Virus record (IMG/VR): IMGVR_UViG_3300036985_006248
Location: 64,001 to 128,000 of that record
Source: a virus
Length of the DNA stretch: 64,000 nt
Direction: 5' to 3' (one strand)
Shown: positions 34,342-44,848 of the stretch, piece after piece
Layout of the letters: each line of letters begins with the position of its first letter
How positions within the stretch are numbered: the stretch's first letter is position 1
Program-made: the position numbers and the translations under genes
Notes under the pieces: model-generated
Database searches by the model: none
What the model was told of the DNA's origin: nothing
The model's input: the letters and a program-made list of their open reading frames with translations, nothing else

Positions 34342-35456
34342 TATTTTTTACCGGTTGTTTTCTTCTTTGAAAATGCATTTCTGGAAAGTTGGGCTTTTTT
34401 AGCTTTCTCATAGCCTGCGCGAACATCTAATCCTCTTTCTTGTTGTAGCCGATTAATAATCTGTTGTGTTACACTTATAAGTGCGGTAACATCTGCAATC
34501 GCTGTATGCCAATCCTTATTATTAATGTTAAGTGCATTGGTAAGAGTGCCCATAGTAAATGAAATTTTGCCATATGACGACTTCAATTTACTCAATAGGT
34601 TTTCTTTATCGGCAACAATCAACAATGGATAAAAGAATTCGTAAACTAAGTCCAGTGTGTCAATGGTTTTATTATTTAGTTTCTCCAGACCATATTTTTC
34701 TGAGCGCACTGAAACATGTTTACGATCAAACTGAGCGTTGTGTGCCAACAATACTACTTCACCCTGCTTCTCAAGACCTTTTATATATTCTATAAAACCT
34801 TTTAAAGCCGAGGCTTCGTCAACCTTCTCCCCTTTACTGGTAAAGTATTGGGTCATTTGTAAAATTTCTTTGGGAGATTTGTCGCGGGCATTTTTTGGAG
34901 TATAAGGTTTTTCTAACCCCGCTTTAGTCTCAGGGGTTAGTTCTATTTTTTTATGGTATTGGCTTATTGTTTGTGCATTGCCACCTGAGAAATCAGGCTT
35001 AACGGCCATAGCAGCTATTTCGGTTAGCTGTCTGCTATGAGGGTCGATGCCAGTTGTCTCTGTATCAAAGAAAACCCAAATTTTATGGGAATGTATTTCC
35101 AACTGTTTCATCAATTCGCCCATCATTACAGCAGCCTTTTTTTCTTCTTCATGCAATTGCATATATTCATCTAGACTGGCTGCCTTTAATTTAATATAAT
35201 AATCCGGGTCATTGGTTAAATGGTCTTTCGCAATTTCTTTGCCTATTTGCTTATCAGGCGTGTGTTCGCCCGTTTCATCTTCAATCCCGGTAGCTAGTTG
35301 TTTTTGATCGAATGCAGAATCGGGGCGATTATCACCTGCTCCACCTTTAAGTTTCTCGCGTTCTTCCATAGGCGCTTCCATACGGTCGGGTTGCCCACGA
35401 TCCATTTGTCCACCCATATTTATGTCGCGTTCTTTTAACTTAAACTTAATCTTCAT
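34341..35456 (-). CDS. DEDDh 3'-5' exonuclease with N-terminal DUF5661-like segment
   Basis: FFDTETTG, AHNAQFD, HTAIADV; EHT...EIAKDHL...YY. Confidence 0.8.
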   Translation of the reverse strand: MKIKFKLKERDINMGGQMDRGQPDRMEAPMEEREKLKGGAGDNRPDSAFDQKQLATGIEDETGEHTPDKQIGKEIAKDHLTNDPDYYIKLKAASLDEYMQLHEEEKKAAVMMGELMKQLEIHSHKIWVFFDTETTGIDPHSRQLTEIAAMAVKPDFSGGNAQTISQYHKKIELTPETKAGLEKPYTPKNARDKSPKEILQMTQYFTSKGEKVDEASALKGFIEYIKGLEKQGEVVLLAHNAQFDRKHVSVRSEKYGLEKLNNKTIDTLDLVYEFFYPLLIVADKENLLSKLKSSYGKISFTMGTLTNALNINNKDWHTAIADVTALISVTQQIINRLQQERGLDVRAGYEKAKKAQLSRNAFSKKKTTGKK

Positions 35457-35471
35457 AATACATAAATAGTA

Positions 35472-35510
35472 TAAAAACAAAAGAGGAGAAGGTATTTCTA
35501 CCTTCTCCTC
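35472..35510 (-). terminator. intrinsic terminator
   Basis: GAGGAGAAGGTA-GAAA-TACCTTCTCCTC-TTTT. Confidence 0.8.
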
Positions 35511-35559
35511 ACTAATCTAGCATACTTTTATTTACAGTTAAAATATATGGCAGACCATT

Positions 35560-35946
35560 TTAATTAAGTATCGTCGAGAAACCATATACCTTGTTTATAT
35601 ATTCTTTTGCATCTTCAAAATTATTAATCAAAGCAGACAAAAGTGCCAATTCTTCTTTAGTCAGCAACAGACCTTCAAGCTTATTTTTCTTTAAATATTC
35701 TGCAACCTTTTCATCAGGTTCGGTAATGAGCTTTTGAAGAAAATCCTTTAAGACTTTTGCATTAAGATATGCGTCCATATAATCTGGAGTTGGGGTATTG
35801 TGCCAAGTATCAGTATCATTTTTTTCTACCAATTCTTTAACAGTGGTAGAAAACATACGCATACTTCTGTCAGCATCAGTCATAAGGCTCCATGACCTTT
35901 TTAATGATAGAATATAATATTGGCCATCTGTTGTTTTTTTAGACAT
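35560..35946 (-). CDS. hypothetical protein
   Basis: 128 aa ORF. Confidence 0.65.
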   Translation of the reverse strand: MSKKTTDGQYYILSLKRSWSLMTDADRSMRMFSTTVKELVEKNDTDTWHNTPTPDYMDAYLNAKVLKDFLQKLITEPDEKVAEYLKKNKLEGLLLTKEELALLSALINNFEDAKEYINKVYGFSTILN

Positions 35947-36515
35947 TAGTAATACTTCTCTCCTTCACCCCAGAAATATTCACATTTTCTGTCATCTGTG
36001 GTGAATAAAAATATTGCAACTTCATGGTCAAACTTGTTTATGAACTTCGCTTCTTCTCTAAAAAGCTTAAGTCTGCCATACTTTGGTGTAGCTTCCTTCT
36101 TGGCAAATTTCTTTTTTGGTTCAACGGCGTTTAAGTAATTCAAGCAATTCTGCAAGATTTGCGGATTAGTAAGCCCTAGTAGCCGATGCTTCTCAAAATC
36201 CGCCTTAAGATAAGAAATGATTACCCACCGATCATTTTTAAATTCATCTATCTTATACATAGAAGTAGAATAAATGCCAAGCTTCTTTTCGCCAGCTTGG
36301 TAATTTGTAATTTCATACTTAGGAATAGGCATGAATTCACATTCAATCATCGTGGTGTGGTCTACAACAATCGGTATCGGCAGCGGTTCAGGGGCAGCCT
36401 TTTCGGCAGCTACAGCAGGGGAATCAATACTAAATACGGTTCCCGTTGTATCTGCCTGTGGATTCTTTGGCGGTCTACCTAAACGCTTACCAGTCTTAGA
36501 AAATCTAGGAGCCAT
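35946..36515 (-). CDS. hypothetical protein with AT-hook-like N-terminus
   Basis: KRLGRPPK. Confidence 0.65.
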   Translation of the reverse strand: MAPRFSKTGKRLGRPPKNPQADTTGTVFSIDSPAVAAEKAAPEPLPIPIVVDHTTMIECEFMPIPKYEITNYQAGEKKLGIYSTSMYKIDEFKNDRWVIISYLKADFEKHRLLGLTNPQILQNCLNYLNAVEPKKKFAKKEATPKYGRLKLFREEAKFINKFDHEVAIFLFTTDDRKCEYFWGEGEKYY

Positions 36516-36521
36516 ATTAGT

Positions 36522-36836
36522 TTATCCCTTCAAAGCCTTTCTTTTACCATCAAGCTCTTGACTAAACAGATTTGAAATATGTTCCAAATCTCCAATCACT
36601 ACAATATCTTGACCAATATTACCACGGGAAATTGAAATGCGGGTGAACTTCTGTTCTTTATTTAAAACTTCAGGCAATCTTCCATCCTTTAGATATGACG
36701 ACATTACTGCATCGTCTCTCATGAAAGCAATGAAATGCTTATTAATCACAACATCACGCATACTATAAAACTTTTGTCCTTCAACCTTGCCGTGGTGCAT
36801 AACCTCTTCATAAACTTCAATAAGTTTAAGAAACAT
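36522..36836 (-). CDS. hypothetical protein
   Basis: 104 aa ORF. Confidence 0.65.
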   Translation of the reverse strand: MFLKLIEVYEEVMHHGKVEGQKFYSMRDVVINKHFIAFMRDDAVMSSYLKDGRLPEVLNKEQKFTRISISRGNIGQDIVVIGDLEHISNLFSQELDGKRKALKG

Positions 36837-37174
36837 TATCGCTTTCCTTTCGTGGTGATAAGCGTCATATCTTCTTTTTTAATTAAGTATTCGTTTTGCC
36901 CAATTGAAACAGAATAAAAATCTCCAAGCTGTTTTCTCATTATAAGTCCGACCGCCACATCGCTAACGGCTTTTTCTGGTATTGCATAGTCGGCAGCGGC
37001 TTCGTAGAGCATGACTCCCTTCGGAATATGTACTAAATCCCCTATTGCAAATGGATTATCCATTTGACTGTTTATCATTATTTTGCTCCTGTTGTGTGCC
37101 CTGTTGATTCTTCTGGGCTTCGTACTTTGCATATCCGAGAAGTATAGTGTAACAGTCTTCATAGGTGAAGTCAA
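36836..37174 (-). CDS. GDL-family-like protein (true start probably near 37063)
   Basis: FAIGDLVHI...VGLI...YSV. Confidence 0.55.
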   Translation of the reverse strand: MTSPMKTVTLYFSDMQSTKPRRINRAHNRSKIMINSQMDNPFAIGDLVHIPKGVMLYEAAADYAIPEKAVSDVAVGLIMRKQLGDFYSVSIGQNEYLIKKEDMTLITTKGKR

Positions 37175-37373
37175 CAGAGCTTAACCTTTTACGAATGTTG
37201 TCAATGACTTGAATCTTTCCAAGAATGTCGTCGCTGCTGGCACACTCTTTTGTCGTGTACAATAAGTCTTCTAATTCCATAGCAACATCATCTAGCAATC
37301 TATTAACTTCTCTAGGAATTTTTTCCATTGGTACGGTTAATGTTATTTTTGCGTTCATTGGTTCTTTCTCCAA
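37056..37373 (-). CDS. hypothetical protein
   Basis: 105 aa ORF. Confidence 0.6.
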   Translation of the reverse strand: MEKEPMNAKITLTVPMEKIPREVNRLLDDVAMELEDLLYTTKECASSDDILGKIQVIDNIRKRLSSVDFTYEDCYTILLGYAKYEAQKNQQGTQQEQNNDKQSNG

Positions 37374-37402
37374 AAAAAAGGAACGGAGTCAATCCGTTCC
37401 TT
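37372..37402 (-). terminator. intrinsic terminator
   Basis: GGAACGGA-TTGAC-TCCGTTCC followed by T8. Confidence 0.75.
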
Positions 37403-37431
37403 CACTATACCATGGCTTTGGTGTAGTTAAA

Positions 37432-37776
37432 CTATTTTATTAATAGATCCATTAACATATTTAGAACTACTGTTAAAGTCGCACCACCCAATAGCCACAA
37501 TACCCTTGTAAAGTTTGATTGTGTTTGCTTTATTAAAGCCATATCTTCTATAAGGTTAGCAGGTACAACTTGCTCTAATATAGTTAAACGTTTCTCTTGC
37601 TCTGATTTTGAAACATGTAGGTCTTCCACTCTCGCCTCTAGCTTCTCAATATTAATATTGACTTGTTCTAATTTGGTCACAAGTATTTTTGTGTTTATTC
37701 TTATTTCGTGTATGCTGTCCGACAATTCTCCTATTAACTCTTTTTGTTCCTTAAAATCCACCGGAAGTACCTCCAC
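37432..37776 (-). CDS. coiled-coil protein with C-terminal TM helix (XhlA/holin-like)
   Basis: heptad repeats plus hydrophobic C-terminus. Confidence 0.55.
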   Translation of the reverse strand: MEVLPVDFKEQKELIGELSDSIHEIRINTKILVTKLEQVNINIEKLEARVEDLHVSKSEQEKRLTILEQVVPANLIEDMALIKQTQSNFTRVLWLLGGATLTVVLNMLMDLLIK

Positions 37777-37818
37777 ATGAAATAGCCAAATAAATTGGCT
37801 GTAATATAATAATTAGTT

Positions 37819-39399
37819 TTATATTTCGATAATAGCATGTGAGGTAGTCAGCAAGGTAGAAGCTGCACTAACTGCATTTTGTAAGGCACACCGCGTTACT
37901 TTGGCAGGGTCTATTATTCCTGCGTCTCCCATGTTAACATATTCTCCTGTTGCGAAGTTCATTCCTTCCCAGAAGCTTTCTGATTTTGTTGACAAATTGT
38001 GTATTATAACATCAGCTTTTAACCCACCATTTTCTGATAGTTTTCTGACTGGTTCTTCGCAAGCCTTCATAACAATTTCAATACCAAACTTCTCATCTTG
38101 GTTGCTTGCTTCCACGTCTTTGTCCAAGTCACGAGATAACTTCAGTAAAGCAGTTCCACCTCCCGGTAAGATACCCTCTATCTGGGCGCTCTTAACGGCT
38201 TCTAGGGCATCTTCAATACGATGCTTACGTTCTACCATATCTACCTCCGTTAATCCACCTACGCGAACTATGGCGATTCCAGAGGCTAATCTGCTGATAC
38301 GTTCCTGTATGCGTTCACACTCTCTTAAATCACTAGTGCTGGCAATCTCGGCTTTTAGGGCTTCAATACGCTTTTCTACTTCATCATAGTTGCCACCACC
38401 GCCGACAATTGTTGTCCACATCTTTAAACTGTCAATTGTTTTTACGGTTCCCAAGTGTTGACGCTTCACTTCACTAATAAGCATGCCACTTTCACGAGAA
38501 ACGAAAGTAGCGCCTGTTGCAAGAGCTAAGTCGTTAAGGATGTTTTTACGTTCCTCACCATATCGTGGAGCTTTTAAAGCAACAATCCGCATACTACCGC
38601 GTGTATTATTGAGTATGAGTGCCGCTAACAACTCTCCTTCAACCGGGTCACCAATTATAATAAACGGCTTATTCTCACGTTGGACTATCTCTAGTAACGG
38701 GAATATCTCTGTGATACTTGATAGGCTGTGGTCCGTAACTAATATAAGGGCGTTTTCATGTCTTACAGAGCCTCGCCGCTCATCATTGATAAACTCTCTT
38801 GAGATAAAACCACTGTCAAATTGAAAACCTTCAACAATATCTAATACAGTCTCAAGCGACTTGCCTTCTTCGATTGTTACAGCACCATCTTTACCAACCT
38901 TATCAACGGCTGTTGCTATAAGTTTGCCAATTTTATTATCACCATTTGCTGATATCGTTGCAATGTTTTCTACATCAGCAAGACTTGTTACCGGCTTGCT
39001 TACTAGTTTTATAGCTTCAACCAACTTTGCTGTGGCTTTTTCCATACCTCTTTTTAAGTCCGTTGGTGAAGCACCAGCAATAATATAACGCTGCGCTTGA
39101 TTGACTATTGCCCTTGCTAAGACAGTTGCCGTGGTGGTTCCGTCTCCAGCTTCAGTGGCTGTAACGGAAGAAGCCTGCTTTAATACTTGGGCTCCTGCAT
39201 TTTCGAACGGGTCATCAAATAATACTGCATTAGCTACCGTGATTCCATCCTTACTGATTACAGGGTTCTTGCCCTTGCTATGAATAATAACATTTCGTCC
39301 CTTGGGACCAAGTGTACAACTCACTGCATCAGCTAGCTTATTTACACCGGCTACAATCTTGGAATTTAGTGATTGTCCGTTATCATATACTTTCTTCAA
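37819..39399 (-). CDS. groEL: chaperonin GroEL
   Basis: TLGPKGRNV, GDGTTTATVLA, GIIDPAKV. Confidence 0.97.
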   Translation of the reverse strand: MKKVYDNGQSLNSKIVAGVNKLADAVSCTLGPKGRNVIIHSKGKNPVISKDGITVANAVLFDDPFENAGAQVLKQASSVTATEAGDGTTTATVLARAIVNQAQRYIIAGASPTDLKRGMEKATAKLVEAIKLVSKPVTSLADVENIATISANGDNKIGKLIATAVDKVGKDGAVTIEEGKSLETVLDIVEGFQFDSGFISREFINDERRGSVRHENALILVTDHSLSSITEIFPLLEIVQRENKPFIIIGDPVEGELLAALILNNTRGSMRIVALKAPRYGEERKNILNDLALATGATFVSRESGMLISEVKRQHLGTVKTIDSLKMWTTIVGGGGNYDEVEKRIEALKAEIASTSDLRECERIQERISRLASGIAIVRVGGLTEVDMVERKHRIEDALEAVKSAQIEGILPGGGTALLKLSRDLDKDVEASNQDEKFGIEIVMKACEEPVRKLSENGGLKADVIIHNLSTKSESFWEGMNFATGEYVNMGDAGIIDPAKVTRCALQNAVSAASTLLTTSHAIIEI

Positions 39400-39470
39400 T
39401 TCTGTACCACACCTTTCTTATAAGCCTAAAGTTCTTTTAATTTGTTCTTCTAATGTAGACTGCGCGTGAA

Positions 39471-40718
39471 TTACCTAGTCTTTATTTTCAAATTCTGCTT
39501 GTCGCCGCTCAACATATTACTATGAAATTTAACACTGTGTATCGTTAGTGGGTCTAGCCCCGGTATATCTATTACTATATTACTATCTTCTTGTTTTACA
39601 AGATCGGTTTTGTTCATGCCACTGGCTTTAATCTTTTGTATGTCCGGTTTTCCGCCACCTTGAGCTTCTAACTTAACACCATCGCTTGTGCTTGTTAAGA
39701 CAAAGAAGCTATCATATCCTTCACGTTCTTCTTCGCCGCCCAATTGTGCCTCTTGAACCATGCTTACTAATTCTTTTAGTTTAAGTCGTCTTAAGTTGGT
39801 TGTCAAGATATCCCGTACTTTTTCATATACTTCGCTCATCGCTTCTTTATATAAGTCAGGATGGGTTTCTTTAGCTTTTTCCATCCATGCTGGCGGTTCA
39901 TAATCTTCTACGCCGGGATTATATTTGCGTGGTCCAACCTTGCTTGCAAATATTTGTCGGCCAACTATCCACCAAGGTTTACCACTTGGATTTTTTACAA
40001 GATTGTCGTCTGTTTCGTCCCCATAACCAAGATTTTTGTTATATGTAAATCTGACGCCACGACCTTCTTCGGTAACCAGTTTAATAGATAGGCCAACCTT
40101 TTTACCATCTTGAGTAGTTAATATTAAGTCTGCTTTATTGTTTGCGCTGCCAACGCTTTCTGCGTTAACTACCTGACCAATGTGTTTTTCAATTAGTTTC
40201 TTACCCTTTAATGCAACGTCTAAACTATCAGCAAAGTCGCCTTTTAATTTCTGCTTTACTTCTTCTTTGCTTGCCTCTGCTGGTAAATCAAGACGATTCT
40301 TTAGCTCGTCAGTTATCTTTCTGGTTAGCAAAAACTGCATAACGTGTTCTAATGCTAAACCTTCGCGTGAACCAATATCATATTTATAAACGACATAAAC
40401 ACGTCCAGAGCCATCGCTATATTCTGCTATAGTGCATTCAATGCTTGGATCGTATTTGGCAACTAGTTTGTCTTCAAGGGTCATTCCTTCACCCTTGAGT
40501 GCCGCCCTGACGCTTTTTCTAGTGGCATCTATATCTTCTTTGTCGTCTACACGAACAACAAGTGCCATATCACCTTTGTTTGAAGTTGTAACAGAGATAC
40601 CCTTAACGTCTGATAATAAGTCCTTGACGTGAGACATTAACTTTTCTTGATTGGCTAATTCTTCTTCTAGACCATGCTGTATTTGCTCTAGAAGATATTT
40701 AGTAAATTTATTTTTCAC
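39471..40718 (-). CDS. hypothetical protein with PD-(D/E)xK-like motif
   Basis: KADLIL...GLSIK. Confidence 0.6.
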   Translation of the reverse strand: MKNKFTKYLLEQIQHGLEEELANQEKLMSHVKDLLSDVKGISVTTSNKGDMALVVRVDDKEDIDATRKSVRAALKGEGMTLEDKLVAKYDPSIECTIAEYSDGSGRVYVVYKYDIGSREGLALEHVMQFLLTRKITDELKNRLDLPAEASKEEVKQKLKGDFADSLDVALKGKKLIEKHIGQVVNAESVGSANNKADLILTTQDGKKVGLSIKLVTEEGRGVRFTYNKNLGYGDETDDNLVKNPSGKPWWIVGRQIFASKVGPRKYNPGVEDYEPPAWMEKAKETHPDLYKEAMSEVYEKVRDILTTNLRRLKLKELVSMVQEAQLGGEEEREGYDSFFVLTSTSDGVKLEAQGGGKPDIQKIKASGMNKTDLVKQEDSNIVIDIPGLDPLTIHSVKFHSNMLSGDKQNLKIKTR

Positions 40719-42417
40719 TGAATTCGTATACCTCTACTGTTAATTGCGTCCCACCTTTAAATCTAAAATTGAGTGAAGTTTCATAAAGCTTTGGATTACT
40801 TTTATCATCAACACCCATTTCTGTTACAAACTTAAATTTGAATCCCGAATAGTCATCAAAGTCTTCTATCGTTGCCTTATTGGCTCCCATCTTTAAACGT
40901 TCCTGTCCACTGAATTTTATAATATGTCCTGCTTCGCCTGTCGAAGAACCTTGTACTTTATAAAAGGTTGGGTTGAACCCGTGTATGCTAACGGCATATG
41001 CGGTTAACGCTAATAATGGATTTTTTTCATTCTCCATCGCCTTAGAAAACTTTTTTATTTTCTCAAATTGCTCTAGATAAGTTTGTAAAAATCTATAGCA
41101 TTCATATTTTTTAATTGTTCTATCAGCAGAAGCATTTAATTTATTTTGCAATTCTGGATTTACTTTTTCTTCTAATTTCTTTTCGGCAGTGGTTACATTC
41201 ATTATCTGATATTTCTTAAGTGTATCGAAAGCTTTTTTCTTCTGAACCTTTAGTTTGCCTGACCATTTGCTTAAAGTTTTTTCATTCACTTTGGCAACGC
41301 CACTCTCTAAGTTTTTAATGCTTTTTTTAGACTCATCATCAATCTTGTATTGTTGAATATTTTCGTTTGGGAATATAGAAGAAGCAAACTTAGTAATTCC
41401 TAGAGCCTTTCCGTGTTGTGCATCTTCTTGTTTTAATGATACACCGACAATTGTTTTTTGCATTTCTCCAAACAATTCATTTATTCCCGCGCTCTTAAGC
41501 TTTTCTTCAACATATACAGAGACAACAGCATTATTTTCTTTAGCACTTTTTAAAACACTTTCTATTGTAGAGACAGAATCTTTTTCGTATAGATAGACAT
41601 CTGATGGGTTCCACTTATCTTTTTCACCACCGGTTATTACGCTAGCAGTTTCTCTGACTTTATTAAATAAGCCACCGCGATCAATGACAGTATTTTTGCT
41701 TGGGGGGCGCAATTGGTAAACTGCTCTCGCACAGGAGATCGCATTTAAAAATAATTCTTTTTGTTTTTTATCCAATTGATTATTATTTAAAAACATTATT
41801 GCTAATGGAATATTTTCCCGCGTAGATTGACCATAAAGTTGTGGGCTCTTTTCCATGAGGTGTGCTGGCAGCTTTAAGATATTATTTTGCTTAGTTTCAT
41901 CATTAAACTTTTGTAATACAGTGTCTATCAGTGAATTTCCTGTTTTTTCACGCATTAAACCATAAAAATAACAAACCATTCCTTCTTTAAAATTTTCTGA
42001 GCCGGTGTCCATCAAAGCGCCTTTGGATAGGTCATCACCAACACTCTTATGTATTTTCTTAAAGCTGTCCTTGCTCACCTGTGAAAGACTATATTTTTCT
42101 CCATCAATTGTTTCTATATTTGGTATATATTTGGTACCAACTTTAAATATTTTATCTATTTCTTTAGGATCCTTGCCTGATTGACTTAAGAGCTTTAATA
42201 CATTTGGATGAATTTTTTTTGGACGGCCATCTATTATGAAAGGCTCACCTTTTTTAATTTTCTCAATCCAATCATCATAATACTTTGATAGTTCATTGCT
42301 ATTAAAATCCTTTTCAAGTAATACAGATTCTTTGATTAACTCATTTAGCTCGTCTACTGAAAATGTCTTTTCTTTCTTATGAAAGAAGTTTTCAATTAAC
42401 TTATTATAATCAGCCAT
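40708..42417 (-). CDS. hypothetical protein with PD-(D/E)xK-like motif
   Basis: KWNPSDVYL...GVSLKQ. Confidence 0.6.
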   Translation of the reverse strand: MADYNKLIENFFHKKEKTFSVDELNELIKESVLLEKDFNSNELSKYYDDWIEKIKKGEPFIIDGRPKKIHPNVLKLLSQSGKDPKEIDKIFKVGTKYIPNIETIDGEKYSLSQVSKDSFKKIHKSVGDDLSKGALMDTGSENFKEGMVCYFYGLMREKTGNSLIDTVLQKFNDETKQNNILKLPAHLMEKSPQLYGQSTRENIPLAIMFLNNNQLDKKQKELFLNAISCARAVYQLRPPSKNTVIDRGGLFNKVRETASVITGGEKDKWNPSDVYLYEKDSVSTIESVLKSAKENNAVVSVYVEEKLKSAGINELFGEMQKTIVGVSLKQEDAQHGKALGITKFASSIFPNENIQQYKIDDESKKSIKNLESGVAKVNEKTLSKWSGKLKVQKKKAFDTLKKYQIMNVTTAEKKLEEKVNPELQNKLNASADRTIKKYECYRFLQTYLEQFEKIKKFSKAMENEKNPLLALTAYAVSIHGFNPTFYKVQGSSTGEAGHIIKFSGQERLKMGANKATIEDFDDYSGFKFKFVTEMGVDDKSNPKLYETSLNFRFKGGTQLTVEVYEFSEK

Positions 42418-42418
42418 A

Positions 42419-43144
42419 TTAAAATACCTCGTCGGCAATACCGTATTTAACTGCTTCTTCGGCTGATAAATAAACATTGACGTGCTTCTCAAGCAAATCC
42501 TTCATTGACTTAGCTGTTAAGTTTGTTTCTTTCGTTAACGCCTTTGTATATCTCTCTTGTACAAAACGGATTTCATTCATTTCATTTTCAAGATTGAATA
42601 ACGGTCCTTCGCTACCACCCAAGACTGAATGAATCATCACGCGGGCATTAGCACCAATCTTACGCTTACCCTTTGTACCTGCTGCTAATATTAATACACC
42701 AGCACTCATAATCTTTCCAACGCCTATTGTTTGGACTTCACAGTTCTTTTTTGCAACGCGCATCATATCATAAATCGCAAACATATCACCGGCAGATCCA
42801 CCATGCGTATTAAGATAAAATTCAATAGGAGAATGTGTATATTTGTCTTTACGTTCATTTTTTGGTATTTCTCCTTGTTTACTTAACACTAATAGATTTT
42901 GTATTACCTCTGCACAGGTTTGTTCGTTAACATCACCAAAAAGACCTATAACGCGCATAGCAGCCGCAGGTTCGTGTTCTAGCTGAAACAATGGGCTATC
43001 TAATAGTTTTTCTAGCTCTGAACTCTGTGGCTTTTCTTGTCCTTCGGGAAGCTTCTTTTCTTGCTTGGTCGTCTTGGTTTTAGTGATCATTTTTAGTTCT
43101 CTAAGCGTATGTCCGAATAAAACTGGCTCTTTTACCTTATTCAA
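42419..43144 (-). CDS. clpP: ClpP-like protease
   Basis: YLNTHGGS, IMSAG, RVMIH, YLSAEEAVKYGIAD. Confidence 0.9.
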   Translation of the reverse strand: MNKVKEPVLFGHTLRELKMITKTKTTKQEKKLPEGQEKPQSSELEKLLDSPLFQLEHEPAAAMRVIGLFGDVNEQTCAEVIQNLLVLSKQGEIPKNERKDKYTHSPIEFYLNTHGGSAGDMFAIYDMMRVAKKNCEVQTIGVGKIMSAGVLILAAGTKGKRKIGANARVMIHSVLGGSEGPLFNLENEMNEIRFVQERYTKALTKETNLTAKSMKDLLEKHVNVYLSAEEAVKYGIADEVF

Positions 43145-43526
43145 TGTTATCGCCTTTCTTAATTAGTTGCTCAACATATACTCGTGCAGTTTTCCAGTCA
43201 GTATATTCAGTTTTATATGGTAGCTTATCTATTAAGCTTTCAATCCATGAATCTCCAAAACCATCAAATTTCTCATGAATTTTCGCTACTATCTTTTTAC
43301 ATTCTTCTAATTTGCTAGGATCTTTCTCGGCGGCTTCAGCATATGTTAATTCTAATATCATTATCGCATGATGCTTGTATTGAATTAAACTCATAGCTCC
43401 CAAAAGAAACTTTAATTCCATACTTCTAAAGCTATAAGCGATTGCCACTCTCTGGGTTAGTTTAAACAACATTGAACAGCAGAATGCACCAAACAAAAAA
43501 CTTAACATTTCCATGGGTATCCTCAA
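43137..43526 (-). CDS. hypothetical protein with N-terminal TM
   Basis: 129 aa ORF. Confidence 0.6.
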   Translation of the reverse strand: MRIPMEMLSFLFGAFCCSMLFKLTQRVAIAYSFRSMELKFLLGAMSLIQYKHHAIMILELTYAEAAEKDPSKLEECKKIVAKIHEKFDGFGDSWIESLIDKLPYKTEYTDWKTARVYVEQLIKKGDNIE

Positions 43527-43592
43527 ATAAAAAACCTGCTGTACCCCATTCTATCAGAAGGTAAGCAGGTTTTCATAAGATTTGTTATCTTT

Positions 43593-43877
43593 TTATTCTT
43601 CGCTGTTATTGTCTACTACTTCTTTCAGAAGCGGAATAGAAATATTTTCTGGGAGGTTATCAACAAATGCTTGGAATGCACTAACTGGAATTTGTGTTTC
43701 TTCTAAAACTTCCAAAAAGTCCATTAGGGCTTCTTTTGAAACTGTTTCATTAGTCACACCATATCCTGCCACATATCCTTCTAGAAGAGTATCTAATTGA
43801 TCTTTTTCTTCAGATACTGTTTCCATTTCTTCGGAAATAATTTGTTTTAATTGCTTTTTAGAGATTTGCATTTTCAT
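43593..43877 (-). CDS. acidic hypothetical (possible head-internal) protein
   Basis: MQISKKQLKQIISEE. Confidence 0.7.
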   Translation of the reverse strand: MKMQISKKQLKQIISEEMETVSEEKDQLDTLLEGYVAGYGVTNETVSKEALMDFLEVLEETQIPVSAFQAFVDNLPENISIPLLKEVVDNNSEE

Positions 43878-43890
43878 TCCTTATAAACCT

Positions 43891-43926
43891 AAAACACCGG
43901 CACACCTTTTTACGGGGATGCCGGTG
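43891..43926 (-). terminator. intrinsic terminator
   Basis: CACCGGCA...TGCCGGTG-TTTT. Confidence 0.65.
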
Positions 43927-43952
43927 AGCTTAGGAAATAATACTATGATTTG

Positions 43953-44759
43953 TTATACCTTCTTCTTGTTGCCGCCCAACGTTGCTAAATTCTTTCCACC
44001 GTGCGTTACGGAGTGTACTGCCTTGGCCGGAAGGTCTTCCATCTTGTGACCACCACTTCCACCTTTTTCGCCCTTGCCCATCTTCATATCGGCATGACCC
44101 TTAAACGTATCGTGCTTATTCTTGCCTTGTTTCAAGAGAGGACCACCACCTTTTGCATCCGTGGCTTCATCTAACTCTTCTTTTTTTTCTTTCTTCTTTT
44201 TGTCCTTCTTTGCCTTCATCTTTTCCTTAACGGACATTTTCTTTTTTTTTGCTTCAGAGATAAGACGTGCAGTAACGCGGGCTAGAACTGTTTCAACAAG
44301 GTTATCTTCTGATAATTCTTGTGTTTCTTCCATTTCATCTTCTTCGCCTTCTTCTTCGCCTTCTTCTTCGCCTTCTTCTTCGCCTTCTTCTTCGCCTTCT
44401 TCTTCGCCGCCTTCAAGGTCGTGCATTTCTTCACCACCTTCTTCAGCGTTTTCTTCTTGGCTTTCTAATTCAACTTCAATGCCCATTGAGTCGGCTAGAG
44501 CTTGGACAGCAGCTTCAAATGCTGCTTGCTTTTCCGGGTCTGCTTCGCCACCAACTTCAATTGTCTCGCCACCCATTTCATCGCCCATACCCATTTCTTC
44601 GCCTGCTGGTAAGGCTGCGGGAGCGGCTTCTGGACCCATTTCTTCCGGTGGAGCCATCGTGTTCATTTCATCGATGCGTGTTTTACCGAGTGATTCTATG
44701 TTAGCTAACTTCATAAAACGACGGATTTGTGTTTCCGACAGTAATTGTTTCTTGTTCAT
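43953..44759 (-). CDS. acidic/basic low-complexity protein (scaffold or internal-protein-like) with (EEEG)n repeat
   Basis: 12-bp tandem repeat at ~44339-44408. Confidence 0.7.
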   Translation of the reverse strand: MNKKQLLSETQIRRFMKLANIESLGKTRIDEMNTMAPPEEMGPEAAPAALPAGEEMGMGDEMGGETIEVGGEADPEKQAAFEAAVQALADSMGIEVELESQEENAEEGGEEMHDLEGGEEEGEEEGEEEGEEEGEEEGEEDEMEETQELSEDNLVETVLARVTARLISEAKKKKMSVKEKMKAKKDKKKKEKKEELDEATDAKGGGPLLKQGKNKHDTFKGHADMKMGKGEKGGSGGHKMEDLPAKAVHSVTHGGKNLATLGGNKKKV

Positions 44760-44848
44760 GTATTATCTCCTAAAATAATTTGTTGGAACAAATTTAAAAT
44801 AAATAGTCATATTAACTACAAAACGTACATATTTTTACAGATATATTA

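Noticed and set aside
44339-44408. 12-bp tandem repeat as a regulatory or contingency element
   Set aside because: It is an in-frame (EEEG)n low-complexity tract in an acidic protein.
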